DNA of 64,000 nt from Bdellovibrionota bacterium FG-1 (lineage in GTDB: Bacteria; Bdellovibrionota; UBA1018): assembly GCA_051382295.1 (NCBI GenBank), contig JBBCAW010000062.1, forward strand, positions 50,040-114,039, written 5' to 3'. Positions 18,708 to 29,395 of this stretch are shown piece by piece (positions within the stretch are counted from its first letter, which is position 1; the number at the start of each line of letters is the position of its first letter). The notes beneath the pieces are model-generated. The model had not been told where the DNA came from. It made no database searches and was given only the letters and a program-made list of their open reading frames with translations. The translations under genes were made by a program, and so were the position numbers.

Positions 18708-19292
18708 CTACTGCCAATGCTTCTTAATTGTCTCGTTTGGCAATATCCCGGCCTCTTGCAAGGCGCGCGCGGCCCGCTCACTCCGGGTTCGAACCCAAAG
18801 CTCATACATGCGCAAGAGGTCGATTTCAGTACGTGGCGTGGTCTTGGCGCTCACCTCCGCAAAAACATCAACAAATGTGGCAAAACGAGCTGCGAGTTCT
18901 TCGTAAACGGCTTTGAGCGTATCCGCGCTCAATCGCGCCGCCACTTGCTGATAGGCCGCCCCACCCATGTCGATATAGTAGTCCACATCCACCATTTTTC
19001 GATTCAAACTATCTTGGAAAAAGCCTCCCACATAAAGCGAAACATCTCCGATATGGCGAAAACGAGCACTTTGTACCTGAGGGAGCGTCTCTTCCAGCGC
19101 ACCCTTTACCAAAAGAGCAAGAGGTTCTTCGGTCAAGCGGTCAGGCTTCATGAACTGATTCAGGAGATTGACTAGATAAAATTCAGTCTCAGGTTGGGCG
19201 GAGACCTTCTGGTGGCCCATGGCTTCGGTAATCAGCTCCCGAAAGTAATCCTGAGGTTGAGCAACAAGGGTAAGACCACTTTTATCAGTCAT
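18708..19292 (-). CDS. Conserved hypothetical protein
   Basis: Protein-like ORF (EFYLVNLL, IGDVSLYVGGFF, YYIDMGGAAY); function not recognised. Confidence 0.75.
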   Translation of the reverse strand: MTDKSGLTLVAQPQDYFRELITEAMGHQKVSAQPETEFYLVNLLNQFMKPDRLTEEPLALLVKGALEETLPQVQSARFRHIGDVSLYVGGFFQDSLNRKMVDVDYYIDMGGAAYQQVAARLSADTLKAVYEELAARFATFVDVFAEVSAKTTPRTEIDLLRMYELWVRTRSERAARALQEAGILPNETIKKHWQ

Positions 19293-19395
19293 AATACCTA
19301 TTTTAGACGTATTCTACGGCGTGTCAAATCCACCCAGGCCTGAATCGGTCAAAAATCGTGCCTCCCCATAGACGAGGCAAGGAATCCCAGGTAAA

Positions 19396-20016
19396 TTGGG
19401 TACTTGCATGCGGCATCCTCAAAAACTCCTTTTTAGAGTCGTTTTTATATATGGCCTTAGTTTATTCGTTCATGCGAATGCGGGTTCCTTGACTGAGATT
19501 CAAGTGAGTCTTTTCGGACAGCCCTGCTTTCTTCAAGGACCCGTTGATTCCAAGACGCTCAAGAACATCCACGCTCTGAGTCCTGAACAACTCTACCCCT
19601 TAAGAGAAACCCCCCTCAGCAGCGCGCCGACTCGAAAAGCACTCGAGAAATTGCGAAGCCCCGCCCCTCCTGCCGGTCTAGAGCGTTACCGCGACAGACT
19701 GCTGAAACGTTTCGAAGCCCAACTCGGTTTGCTCGAAGGGATCGAAGCCTTTAAAAAAAGCAAAAATCCCACCGTACTTCTTAACGTGGGCAAAAAATAC
19801 CTTTCGGCAAGAAAACTCAAAGACTTTGAATCACTTGTTAAAAAGACTGCATCTCCCAAGGAACTCTCGCAAACCATTGACCTTCTTTTTGACTCTTTTA
19901 GCGACGGAATTGAGGCAGATCCAGAAGAGGAGTTTCACCGGTCGATCCATCGGATGAAGATCCAATATATTTGCTCATTCGAGGGAGAGACCAGCGAAAG
20001 CGAAGCGGACGAATGA
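19396..20016 (+). CDS. Secreted hypothetical protein
   Basis: Signal peptide ending ANA; start probably ATG 19408. Confidence 0.7.
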   Translation: MGTCMRHPQKLLFRVVFIYGLSLFVHANAGSLTEIQVSLFGQPCFLQGPVDSKTLKNIHALSPEQLYPLRETPLSSAPTRKALEKLRSPAPPAGLERYRDRLLKRFEAQLGLLEGIEAFKKSKNPTVLLNVGKKYLSARKLKDFESLVKKTASPKELSQTIDLLFDSFSDGIEADPEEEFHRSIHRMKIQYICSFEGETSESEADE

Positions 20017-21212
20017 AATGGAATCCTGCCGAGGTATTGAAGGGTGAACACCTCCCGGCAGCGCTGGTCGACCTTGATGTCTTCGATCGGAATATAGAGA
20101 AGACCGTCAGAATGGTGCAGAGCCAGGGAAACAAAACCGTTCGGCTCGCAACCAAGTCCTTACGAGCCCCCGAGCTGATTTCACGCGCGCTCAAAAAAGG
20201 AGGCCCAGTTTTTCGCGGAGTCATGTGTTTTTCGGCCCAAGAAGCGCTTTCACTTCATCAATACGGCCTCGATGACTTTTTAGTGGCCTATCCCACTTTG
20301 CAGCCCAGCGATTTGCACGCCCTCAGGCAAATCCACAATGCTGGCGGACGCGTAACCATCGTGACGGATCATCCTGAGCAAATCAGCGCTCTTGCTCAAG
20401 CGATGCATGGTACCAGTCGCCCCTTTAGAACGCTGATCGATGTCGATATGTCTTGGCGCCCCCTGGGGGGCTTGCTGCACATCGGGGTGCGGCGCAGCCG
20501 AATTCGTAGCGTCGCGGACACCCTGGCGCTTTGTGAGGAAATCAAGAAATTCCCTGACCTTCAAGTGGACGGGCTCCTGGCCTATGAGGCCCAAGTGGCC
20601 GGGCTGACCGACCGGAATCCCTTCAAAAAACTACTCAACCCACTGGCTCATTGGATCCGAAAAGCCTCAATCCCTCATGTGGCCCGCCTTCGTGCTGAAA
20701 TCGTCCAAGCCATGCGCGCGCACGGTTACTCCGTCGGATTAGTCAACGGCGCTGGTACCGGTTCCCTTGATTTTGCACTCATTGAAAGCACGCTCACTGA
20801 AGTCACCGTCGGAAGCGGCTTTCTGTCACCGCATCTTTTCGATTATTACTCCAATATTCGATTTGAACCGGCGGCCTTTTTCGCACTTCAAGCAGTGCGA
20901 ACCTCTGATCCCGGCTTTGTGACCTGCCAAGGCGGCGGTTATATCGCCTCGGGAGAACCTGGCTGGGACCGTGTGCCAATTCCCGTCTGGCCAGAAGGCT
21001 TGCGGCTCGTTTCCGCTGAAGGCGCGGGTGAGGTCCAAACCCCGCTGCGCTTGCCGAAAAACACCTCGATCACGCTCGGAAGCCCCATACTTTTTAGACA
21101 CGCTAAAGCCGGTGAGCTCGCGGAGCGGTTTAATGAGTATTTGCTCATTTCATCCGGAAAAATCACAGGACGAGCAAAAACTTACCGGGGACTGGGCATA
21201 TCCTCCGTATAA
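20013..21212 (+). CDS. PLP-dependent alanine racemase-fold protein (D-amino acid aldolase/deaminase-like)
   Basis: RLATKSLR, YEAQVAG, FRHAKAGELAERFN; ATGA overlap places the start at 20013. Confidence 0.85.
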   Translation: MKWNPAEVLKGEHLPAALVDLDVFDRNIEKTVRMVQSQGNKTVRLATKSLRAPELISRALKKGGPVFRGVMCFSAQEALSLHQYGLDDFLVAYPTLQPSDLHALRQIHNAGGRVTIVTDHPEQISALAQAMHGTSRPFRTLIDVDMSWRPLGGLLHIGVRRSRIRSVADTLALCEEIKKFPDLQVDGLLAYEAQVAGLTDRNPFKKLLNPLAHWIRKASIPHVARLRAEIVQAMRAHGYSVGLVNGAGTGSLDFALIESTLTEVTVGSGFLSPHLFDYYSNIRFEPAAFFALQAVRTSDPGFVTCQGGGYIASGEPGWDRVPIPVWPEGLRLVSAEGAGEVQTPLRLPKNTSITLGSPILFRHAKAGELAERFNEYLLISSGKITGRAKTYRGLGISSV

Positions 21213-21577
21213 ACACCGACCTTATATTCTAAGACGGCATGCGCTTGAGGATGGGAGTAATAAAGGGTCATGATCAGGCCCCGCAAGCCAAGCCGAATAA
21301 ACCGAAGAGGTGCCCCAATCCAGTCGGGCCATCCCAAACTTTTTTCCAAAAGAGCGATAAACCCCCTCACCGCGAAGGGGGGAAACCACGACATCAAACT
21401 GAACAGCAGTTTGAGATCTTTAAGATCCCCCTCCGGCATATAATCAAGGATGCGATCGACTTCTTGAGCACAACCGCTCCCTGAAAAAGTCTGAAACTGC
21501 TGATCCCCGGGAAGGAGCGAATCTCCCAGTTTTTCAAGCCCCCGCATTTGACCACGATTTAAGTGTTTAGAAGCCAT
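21182..21577 (-). CDS. Small protein downstream of the GMC oxidoreductase (possible accessory subunit)
   Basis: AAGGAG RBS before ATG 21577; LRGLIMTLYYS motif. Confidence 0.6.
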   Translation of the reverse strand: MASKHLNRGQMRGLEKLGDSLLPGDQQFQTFSGSGCAQEVDRILDYMPEGDLKDLKLLFSLMSWFPPFAVRGFIALLEKSLGWPDWIGAPLRFIRLGLRGLIMTLYYSHPQAHAVLEYKVGVYTEDMPSPR

Positions 21578-21593
21578 TAGGATCTCCTTGAAT

Positions 21594-22973
21594 TCAACGA
21601 GCCAACATGGACTCAGATGCTTTTTGACTGAGAGCCATAATCGTAAATGAAGGATTAATGCCAGGAGCGGACGGAAACACACTCGAGTCCGCCGCAAACA
21701 GATTCGGAAGGCCATGGACCTTAAATTCAGGACTCACAACCGATCGAGCGGAGTCGGTGCCCATCACACAACCGCCCATGAGATGCAGACCAAACCCCTG
21801 GTCACATTCGATCACTTCTTTTGCGCCTACGGCGAGAAAGAGCTCCCGAATTTCGCCCCGCCCTGCCTTGATTCGATTGCGATCCTGCTGGGTCAATGGC
21901 TTATCGACTTTGAGCTTACCGCACTTGCTCATGGTAATGCGCCCCAAGGGTTCGTCCCGCACCGCCACCTCCATGGATGCAATATGCCGATATTTTTTCA
22001 TCTGAGCCATTTGTTGCCGACCGTACCCCGGCATAATAATGGCCGTGGCTACGGGAGGAGCAAAAACGTTTTCGAGTTTAAAGCCTTTTTGGCGATAACT
22101 CGGTTCATCCGATTTCACACACTGAAAGGCGCCCTTGTGGGCATCCACCCGCTCGGCAAACACGCCATAACTCATAAACTGAGGATGACAACTAAACTGC
22201 GTACCGAGCGCGGGCAACTGCTTTCCCAACCCTGAACGAAGTAAAATCGCCGTATTACCCACGGCACCGGCGGCCAGCACCACTTTGCGAACCACCAGTT
22301 CTTTATGAACTCCCCGTTGAAGACCGATAATCCTCACCTGGTCTCGTTCGTGAATAACAGTTTGAACATCAAAATCAGATTCCACCTCCAGGCCCTTTTC
22401 GCGGGCCTTTCTAATGGTCGTCACCAAAGAACTTTGCTTGGAATCCCGGGGGCATCCGCCTAAACAAACAATACAATCAGTCCCTTTATCCAGCTTGCAG
22501 TCGCCCTGTGCGCGATTCAAGGGCTTCCATTTACGGCCCAACTGATCCAGGGCCTTGGTAAAAATTTTAGCGTTTTTGTTATAGAATTCGACAGGAATGG
22601 AGCTTTGTAAAATCGCGCGTGAAGATAAATCATAGTAGGGGGTCATTTCAGCGCGATTCAAAAAACTAATCCCGCTGCGCGCCTTCCAATCATCCCATGC
22701 AATATCGTCAAAAGGATCCAACAGCGCTTGATTAACGATAGATGTGCCCCCCAAACATTTGGCTCTCAAAAAGCCGAGATCACCCCTCACGCTTACCTCT
22801 AACCCGCCCCCCCAAAACATTTGGGTCGAATAATCCATTTCGTTGGAAGGAAAAGTATGAGCCGAGTACTCACGCCCCGCCTCGATCAACAGGCACTTTG
22901 CACCCCCAAAAACAAGTTCGTGAGCTACCCGCCCACCTGAAACGCCAGATCCAATCACCGCAAAGTCGTACAT
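21594..22973 (-). CDS. GMC-family FAD oxidoreductase
   Basis: IGSGVSGG, LGGTSIVN, HLMGGCVMG, DSSVFPSAPGINP. Confidence 0.93.
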   Translation of the reverse strand: MYDFAVIGSGVSGGRVAHELVFGGAKCLLIEAGREYSAHTFPSNEMDYSTQMFWGGGLEVSVRGDLGFLRAKCLGGTSIVNQALLDPFDDIAWDDWKARSGISFLNRAEMTPYYDLSSRAILQSSIPVEFYNKNAKIFTKALDQLGRKWKPLNRAQGDCKLDKGTDCIVCLGGCPRDSKQSSLVTTIRKAREKGLEVESDFDVQTVIHERDQVRIIGLQRGVHKELVVRKVVLAAGAVGNTAILLRSGLGKQLPALGTQFSCHPQFMSYGVFAERVDAHKGAFQCVKSDEPSYRQKGFKLENVFAPPVATAIIMPGYGRQQMAQMKKYRHIASMEVAVRDEPLGRITMSKCGKLKVDKPLTQQDRNRIKAGRGEIRELFLAVGAKEVIECDQGFGLHLMGGCVMGTDSARSVVSPEFKVHGLPNLFAADSSVFPSAPGINPSFTIMALSQKASESMLAR

Positions 22974-23032
22974 TCCATTGCTCCGATCTATCGGTTGGAC
23001 ACTCTAACGAGATATTTCAAACCAAGTATATT

Positions 23033-25711
23033 CTAACCTACGATACTCGTCACCTGGTAAGGTTCTACAAAATATTTCGCGCAAATTCTTTGAACGTCTT
23101 TGGCTGAAATTGTCCGAATCTTTCGAGTGAGTTCCGCCTCATCGACATGCAGAATACCGTAAAGAGTTTCCAGGCCAAAGTGGGTAGCGAGAGCCGAATC
23201 ACTCTGTAAATCCATCGCTCTTCGGCCCAAGAAAAACTCTTTAGCACGCGCCATTTCTCTGGCTGTAGGCCCTTTAGAGGCCAACGTTTCGAGCACTTGG
23301 CGAATGCCATCCATGGCTTCTTGTTTCTTTTGAGGCGCGCAAGCGATATAGGTACCCACATAACCACGCTCAATACCCTCAAAACTCATCGGAGCTACCG
23401 TATAAGCCAGACTCTTCTTTTCACGTAACTCCACAAAAAGTCGGCCACTTTGGCCACCTAATAGCGTTTGCAGGAGACGCAATGCATGGCGATCATCGGA
23501 GGTAATCTGGGTACCCAATCCCCCGACAATAATATGCGTTTGCTCTCGCTCTAGATTACGCTCGATCCAGCGCGGCGCCTTAAGAGCCTCCTCATCAGGA
23601 GGGATAGAGAAAGTCCCCTGGGCTGGGGTTTGTTGAGCATAGGCTCGAAGTTGCCCATCGAGATCCTTCAGCCAATGATCTAAAGCAGAACGGTTAACAG
23701 AACCACTGACCGACAAGACCAACCGTTCGGGACGAAGCCATTTTTGGTGAAATGAACGCAATTTAGTTGATTGAATCGTGGCCAAACTTTCGAGCGAACC
23801 AATCGTCAAACGACCATACGGGTGATGTTCAAAAAGAGTTTCTAAAAACAACTTGGAGCAAAGCTGCGAAGAATGATCCTCCACCGAACGAACCGAATCC
23901 TCCGCAATACGGCGAGAATGCCCTACTTCATCTTCTGGAAACGTGGCGCCCACCAAGACCTCATTAAACAACCCCGAAAGAACGCCCCAATCCCGACTCA
24001 ACCCCGTCATTTGCAGGCCCACGCTATTGCGGCCCGCAAATCCATCCATCCCAGAGGCATGCCCCTCGACAATTGCCGAGATTTCCCGAGCGCTCTTATG
24101 AGCGGTTCCCTTAGTCCAGCTCAGCGACATCATATAGCTTGAGCCCCAGTCCGCTTCGGGGCTGGTCACCGGGTTTGCCATTTCAAGCCGTAAGCCGCCA
24201 AAAACGGAGGCATGAACGCTGAACACGTGGGATTGTGGCCGATCGAAATAACAAACCTTGATTCCAGAAGGAAGTTGCGTGACTTCGACTGGCAATGCCA
24301 TTTGGTCTCGTAGATTTTTTGGAGTCTTGGCATGACCGCGCGCAATCGCAGGGGCGGCCAAACGCTCTGGACAAAGGACCTCTTCAGCCAAATCCCGAAT
24401 CGTGTCAATATTGAAGGTCTTATCACCCTTAGGCAAAAGAACAATTCCAGTCATTCGAGAGTATATCAAATATTTGCGCGCCACCTCCTGAATACGAGCA
24501 GCATCGACTGCTTTCAGGTCTTCGAGATAGCGGCGGTCGAATTCTAGATCGCCCATGATAAATTTAAGGAAGCCCAAACGGCCTGCCATTCCGTCAGCAG
24601 TCTGGGTAGCATAGAGCCGTTCGCTCTCGGCGCTGACTATTACTCGAGCCAGTTCTTCAGGGGTCGGCCCCTCACTCCCGAGGCGCCGAAGTTCCTTGAA
24701 AATAGCCCGAGAGACAGTCTCGATCTTGTCCACTGAATCCATTTCAGCCTGAAAATAGAGCATTCCAGCATCTTTTGGAACGTAGAGCCCACCGGAAACC
24801 TCAGTTACCAGGGAATTTTTGTAAAACAAGTCTTGATAGAGACGCGAAAGCTCTCCCATTCCCAATATTCCGGCCAATAAATCCAAGGCTGGAATATCCT
24901 CATGATTGAGCTCGGGCACGCGAAAAGAAAAGGCAACCGACGGGGTTTTGACATCAAAGGTTTTTAATGAAAAATGAGGATCTTTGCGCAGCGCAGGCTC
25001 CACTGGGCGCTGATGAAGTGTCTCCATTTTTTTAGGTAAAAGCCGCGTTCCCAGATGTTTTTCAAGTTGTTGCAGAATGGCTTTGCGTCGAGCTCCGGTT
25101 TGGTCATTGATGGGCCCGACCAAAACCAGCCCCATTTTTCCGGAGATATAATTCCGCCGGTAAAAGGCTTCCAGATTTCCAACTTGAGCCGCTTTCAAAG
25201 TTTTAACAAAACCGATGACCGGCCGGCCATAAGGATGCTTGCGAAAGGTTCCTGAAAACAGACTTTGAAAGAGCTGTCGACTCGGCGAATCTTCGTTTTT
25301 GCGAAGTTCTTCCAAAATGACTTCACGCTCACGCACAAAGTCGGATTTCAAAAATTTCTGAGGCTTAGCCATCGCACCAAAGGCATCGATGACCTTTTCC
25401 CAATGTTGGGCGGCACAGGTGACGTGGTACACGGTCTGGTCAAACGAGGTATAGGCGTTAATATCCCCCCCCATCGATTCTACCGCCCGCGCCAGCATTC
25501 CTGTCGAAGCCTTACCGGTTTCTTTTGCCGCAGCGTCCTTGAACAGCATATGTTCCAAGAAATGAGCAAACCCCGCCTCGGCGGTGGTTTCATCCGCGCT
25601 TCCGGTTTTGACCCACCAGTACGTCGTGGCAACCGGGCCATCATAATGCTGCAAAATGACCGGAATTCCGTTAGAAAGCTGATGTTGTTCAGGATGATGA
25701 AGTTTTGCCAT
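23033..25711 (-). CDS. M16 (pitrilysin-family) zinc peptidase, two-unit fusion
   Basis: HFLEH inverted zinc motif, NAYTSFDQT, RLFVELREKKSLAY. Confidence 0.95.
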   Translation of the reverse strand: MAKLHHPEQHQLSNGIPVILQHYDGPVATTYWWVKTGSADETTAEAGFAHFLEHMLFKDAAAKETGKASTGMLARAVESMGGDINAYTSFDQTVYHVTCAAQHWEKVIDAFGAMAKPQKFLKSDFVREREVILEELRKNEDSPSRQLFQSLFSGTFRKHPYGRPVIGFVKTLKAAQVGNLEAFYRRNYISGKMGLVLVGPINDQTGARRKAILQQLEKHLGTRLLPKKMETLHQRPVEPALRKDPHFSLKTFDVKTPSVAFSFRVPELNHEDIPALDLLAGILGMGELSRLYQDLFYKNSLVTEVSGGLYVPKDAGMLYFQAEMDSVDKIETVSRAIFKELRRLGSEGPTPEELARVIVSAESERLYATQTADGMAGRLGFLKFIMGDLEFDRRYLEDLKAVDAARIQEVARKYLIYSRMTGIVLLPKGDKTFNIDTIRDLAEEVLCPERLAAPAIARGHAKTPKNLRDQMALPVEVTQLPSGIKVCYFDRPQSHVFSVHASVFGGLRLEMANPVTSPEADWGSSYMMSLSWTKGTAHKSAREISAIVEGHASGMDGFAGRNSVGLQMTGLSRDWGVLSGLFNEVLVGATFPEDEVGHSRRIAEDSVRSVEDHSSQLCSKLFLETLFEHHPYGRLTIGSLESLATIQSTKLRSFHQKWLRPERLVLSVSGSVNRSALDHWLKDLDGQLRAYAQQTPAQGTFSIPPDEEALKAPRWIERNLEREQTHIIVGGLGTQITSDDRHALRLLQTLLGGQSGRLFVELREKKSLAYTVAPMSFEGIERGYVGTYIACAPQKKQEAMDGIRQVLETLASKGPTAREMARAKEFFLGRRAMDLQSDSALATHFGLETLYGILHVDEAELTRKIRTISAKDVQRICAKYFVEPYQVTSIVG

Positions 25712-25851
25712 ACTTCAAGTACGCTACAGCATTTTTCGGTCCGGCCAAATGCATAAATATTCACGACCACATACGCAGCGCATCATCCCACTGGACATCG
25801 CAGCAAATCAGCGGTAGTCTAGAAGGTAGTGAAAGGAGTCCTGGCCCCCGT

Positions 25852-26367
25852 ATGAATAAGAAGCTCTATGTAGGTAACCTTCCCTTCGGCGCAGATGAAG
25901 CTGCGCTCCGTGCCGTTTTCGAAAGTGAGGGCCACCCGGTCGCCTCAGTTAAAGTGATGATGGATCGCGAAACAGGCCGTTCTCGTGGCTTTGCTTTTGT
26001 CGAACTCACCACTCCTGAGGGTGCGCAAAAGGCACTCGCGGGCATGAACGGATTTCCATTTCAGGGCCGCCCCCTGATGATTAACGAAGCCCGTGAACAG
26101 GCTCCCCGAACAGGAGGCCCAAGGCCGAATGGCGCTGCGGGTGGATTTAGTCCTGACCGAGGTCCCAGACCTGTGGGCACCGGTGGCGGCTTTAATTCTG
26201 ATCGTGGTCCCAGGCCCAATGGGGGTGGTTTTGGAGGTGGATACTCGCCCCCCCCTCCAGCCGGAATTGAACCTCCAGCAGAAGGTCGCGCCAATAAGGT
26301 TCGCGATCGAGGCCGAGAAAAAGAAAAAGACCGGGGCCGCCGAAATCGCGGTAATGATGATTGGTAA
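25852..26367 (+). CDS. RRM RNA-binding protein with Gly/Pro/Arg-rich tail
   Basis: KLYVGNL, TGRSRGFAFVE; AAGGAG RBS before ATG 25852. Confidence 0.93.
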   Translation: MNKKLYVGNLPFGADEAALRAVFESEGHPVASVKVMMDRETGRSRGFAFVELTTPEGAQKALAGMNGFPFQGRPLMINEAREQAPRTGGPRPNGAAGGFSPDRGPRPVGTGGGFNSDRGPRPNGGGFGGGYSPPPPAGIEPPAEGRANKVRDRGREKEKDRGRRNRGNDDW

Positions 26368-26375
26368 TGACCGGC

Positions 26376-27932
26376 TTAAAATAACCGTTTAAGAACCTGA
26401 GTCTCCAAGACCCCTGCGGTAATGATCCCGCCAGTGAGCGCTCCGGCGATACCCAAAACCGCCACATCACAACCCGTCATATATAGATTTTTAACGGGCG
26501 TGCGTGCACTCAATCCGTGCGCCCCAAAGCGCTGCGGTGTTGGGGCCAAACCATAAATAGCACCCTGCGGAGCTCGAATAAAATACGCCGTCGAAAGAGG
26601 CGTGGATAATTCATAGAATTTTACTAGTTCGGCAAGTTTGGGATGGTGCTTTTTAAACTGCGCAAACAAGCGCTGTTCAAGCCCCTTTTTGAATTCCATA
26701 TAATCTTTTTCACGATAGCCACGCCGGGTGTGCTTCCATTTTTCAAAGGCGTCCCAAGGCACAAACACAACGACTTCCCCCGTGTGCTTCTTTTCGGGGC
26801 CCGCAACGTGCCGAGGATCCTTGAGTGAAGGAAATGAAATATACAAAAAAGGCGACTCAGATTTTGGATCTGAAATATCCCACTCGCCTTTTTCCATGTC
26901 CCAGTCTTCAAAGTGCCATTGATTAGCGAGAGTACCGCCTGCTGCTGCGACATCGCCCTCAAAACCCAAATATAAGGTCAAATAAGCAGGGGACTGGGGA
27001 AGTTCGCGAATTTCACGGACCCACTCTCCCTTTTGCTCAGCCTCAGGCAAAAGCCGATCTACGGTCGCCTTGGCCCCTGCTCCCGAAATAATCTTGGGAG
27101 CAAATAACTCTTCGCCATTCTCTAAACGCACACCGACCGCGTTTCCGTCGCGAATGATAATTTCTTTGACGGATTTTCGAGTTAAGACGTCACCGCCACC
27201 GGCCCGGATGGTTTCGACAAAATGGTCGGCAAAGACCTTGGCCCCGCCGCTCGGGTAATAGCCGCCATTCCAAAAATGACGAACGGTCATGGCATGAACC
27301 AAGAAACTCGATTTTTTTGGGGTGCTTCCATAATAGCCCCACTGCGCGGTGAGGACGGAAAAGAGTTTGGAATTGCTGACGATCGACCTGAGGACTTCAT
27401 CGGTGGTCTTGAGCCACCATTTCTGTCCTAGCCGATCAATAAGCGGCGCGGTGAGCTTATCCAACCATAATGGCAAAGTACGGCTGGCAAAACAGTACTT
27501 TGCGGCATCGGCGCCTCGGTCGATGAGTTCAAAATACTGATCAATGGCTGAGCCATCTTTGGGGAAATTTTCTTTAAGAACGGCTCTGAACTTTTCTTTG
27601 GTGTCGGGCAACTCCATCTTGAAACCGTCCGGAAAATGAAAACTATCGTAAGCCCGGCCTAAAGGATTAAACTGAATCTTTCCGTTTGAAAGCCAATCAA
27701 TCGTTTTTCTGGGCACTTCGGCTATATGCATCTGGCCTACGCAATGCACACCGACATCCCAGTGATACCCCTTACGAGAAAACATGTGGGTGCACCCGCC
27801 GGCTACATAATGCTGTTCTAGAACCAGAATCTTCCAACCATGCTTGGCTAACGCTGCCGCGCAGGTCAACCCACCGATTCCAGACCCAATGACAATGGCA
27901 TCCCACTTCGAAGAGGTATTTTGCATTCTCAT
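26376..27932 (-). CDS. Phytoene desaturase/retinol saturase-like FAD oxidoreductase
   Basis: IGSGIGGL, EQHYVAGG, WDVGVH, STPLST, GAIYG. Confidence 0.88.
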   Translation of the reverse strand: MRMQNTSSKWDAIVIGSGIGGLTCAAALAKHGWKILVLEQHYVAGGCTHMFSRKGYHWDVGVHCVGQMHIAEVPRKTIDWLSNGKIQFNPLGRAYDSFHFPDGFKMELPDTKEKFRAVLKENFPKDGSAIDQYFELIDRGADAAKYCFASRTLPLWLDKLTAPLIDRLGQKWWLKTTDEVLRSIVSNSKLFSVLTAQWGYYGSTPKKSSFLVHAMTVRHFWNGGYYPSGGAKVFADHFVETIRAGGGDVLTRKSVKEIIIRDGNAVGVRLENGEELFAPKIISGAGAKATVDRLLPEAEQKGEWVREIRELPQSPAYLTLYLGFEGDVAAAGGTLANQWHFEDWDMEKGEWDISDPKSESPFLYISFPSLKDPRHVAGPEKKHTGEVVVFVPWDAFEKWKHTRRGYREKDYMEFKKGLEQRLFAQFKKHHPKLAELVKFYELSTPLSTAYFIRAPQGAIYGLAPTPQRFGAHGLSARTPVKNLYMTGCDVAVLGIAGALTGGIITAGVLETQVLKRLF

Positions 27933-28016
27933 CAGTCTGACATAGCCGCACGCTGGGTGCCAGGAAGATTAAGGGAGGCACCGACGCCCAAATTAGCGCC
28001 GATGCCCACTTTCAAA

Positions 28017-29252
28017 TCAATTCAAAGCTTCCCATCGAAAAATCCCAGGGATGTACGCTCCATCCACCAGGCCATCCAAAACCACCGAATCCGGCATAAG
28101 CGACATAATCACATCAAATTCGCGGCCGCCCGGAAGAGCCGGTTTAAACTTTCCAAAAAAACGCTGCTCCCGCACCGAAGGGCCGTAAACCACAGGAGGA
28201 AGACGCCAATCTGAGCCGCCAAAAATTTTTTGTCCATCGGTCAAAAATATCTTCACACCAAAAGTCGCAAGCATACCAGCGCCGACAATCTTCCCAGAAA
28301 TCGACCCCATTTTTTTCTCCGCTCCCACCTTTCCCTCATTGTCGAAAGCCCTGCCAAAAAGTGCAAACTTCTCTTCACCATCTCCTGGTTTCAAATACGT
28401 TCGTATCGGAAAATGAAATTCTGGCCCAAATAACTGGTTAGCCCACTGAGGGTCCACACTAAACCCACCAAACCACCCTTGCTCAGACTCCCGAGAAGCC
28501 TCGAAGTGAAAAAAAGGCAAAATCTCAAGCGAATCTCCCACAGTGTTAGGTAAAATATCCAAAAGTCCTCTCACCAAAAGCGACTCCGAATACCCTTCGG
28601 ACATCAAACCCGCCCCTCCATGCGACAACCCAAACACATGGCCGATTTCATGCACAATCGCGCGATAAAGAACCCCGCCCTTACCCTCATGCCAGGCTCG
28701 ATCGCGCAGATGACCGCCTTTGTAGCGCAAAGGCCCCGAATCTGCTGAAATATAGATAAAGCCTTTGCCCCGCAAATGGACTTCATCATAATCAGTCCGC
28801 ACCGCAACACCCACCAGTCGAGTCGGATCTCCCAAAAACGCCTTTTGCTCAGGAGTTAAAACCCCGAACTGAAACGTGACATCCTCGGTCCCTTCGCACG
28901 TCGAATGAAACACGAACTCCTGAGTTCCCACACGAATCGGCTCCCACGGACTATTTGGATTCCCGGTCAGGTACTTAACCACCTCAGCCGCGGGATCACT
29001 CATTTGGGTTTTCCAATACGCAATCGCACGACTCACCAAATCCGGCACAAGCGTAGGAATGTCGCCAAAAACTGTCGGATCGGACAAAATGCAATAAGTT
29101 ACCGTTGCCGTATTTTTCAAAAACCACGGATTATTGGCATCCTTCAAAATATTCCCGCCGCCACTCGTCCATCCCCCGGCAAAAACCGTTGACGCGGCAA
29201 GACTTCCCAAAACAGCAAAAAACAAATTGAATCTCTTCATTTCTAGTTTCAT
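28017..29252 (-). CDS. Secreted metzincin-type zinc protease with AGGWTSGGG N-terminus
   Basis: Signal peptide, HEIGHVFGLSH, Met-turn GLM. Confidence 0.85.
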   Translation of the reverse strand: MKLEMKRFNLFFAVLGSLAASTVFAGGWTSGGGNILKDANNPWFLKNTATVTYCILSDPTVFGDIPTLVPDLVSRAIAYWKTQMSDPAAEVVKYLTGNPNSPWEPIRVGTQEFVFHSTCEGTEDVTFQFGVLTPEQKAFLGDPTRLVGVAVRTDYDEVHLRGKGFIYISADSGPLRYKGGHLRDRAWHEGKGGVLYRAIVHEIGHVFGLSHGGAGLMSEGYSESLLVRGLLDILPNTVGDSLEILPFFHFEASRESEQGWFGGFSVDPQWANQLFGPEFHFPIRTYLKPGDGEEKFALFGRAFDNEGKVGAEKKMGSISGKIVGAGMLATFGVKIFLTDGQKIFGGSDWRLPPVVYGPSVREQRFFGKFKPALPGGREFDVIMSLMPDSVVLDGLVDGAYIPGIFRWEALN

Positions 29253-29395
29253 CTAGGTTCCCTTCTTACATTTTTAAGCTCATTTTTCCAGTCAATGCCC
29301 CGGGCAGTCACCAACGTCGCTCAAAACTCCCAATAAATGAATTATGAAGTAATTCATTTATTTCAATTTGTTGCACTAAAAGTTAACATTCAGAA

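Noticed and set aside
26100..26240. Repeats GGFSPDRGPRP / GGFNSDRGPRP in the RRM protein tail
   Set aside because: Typical low-complexity tail of bacterial RRM proteins
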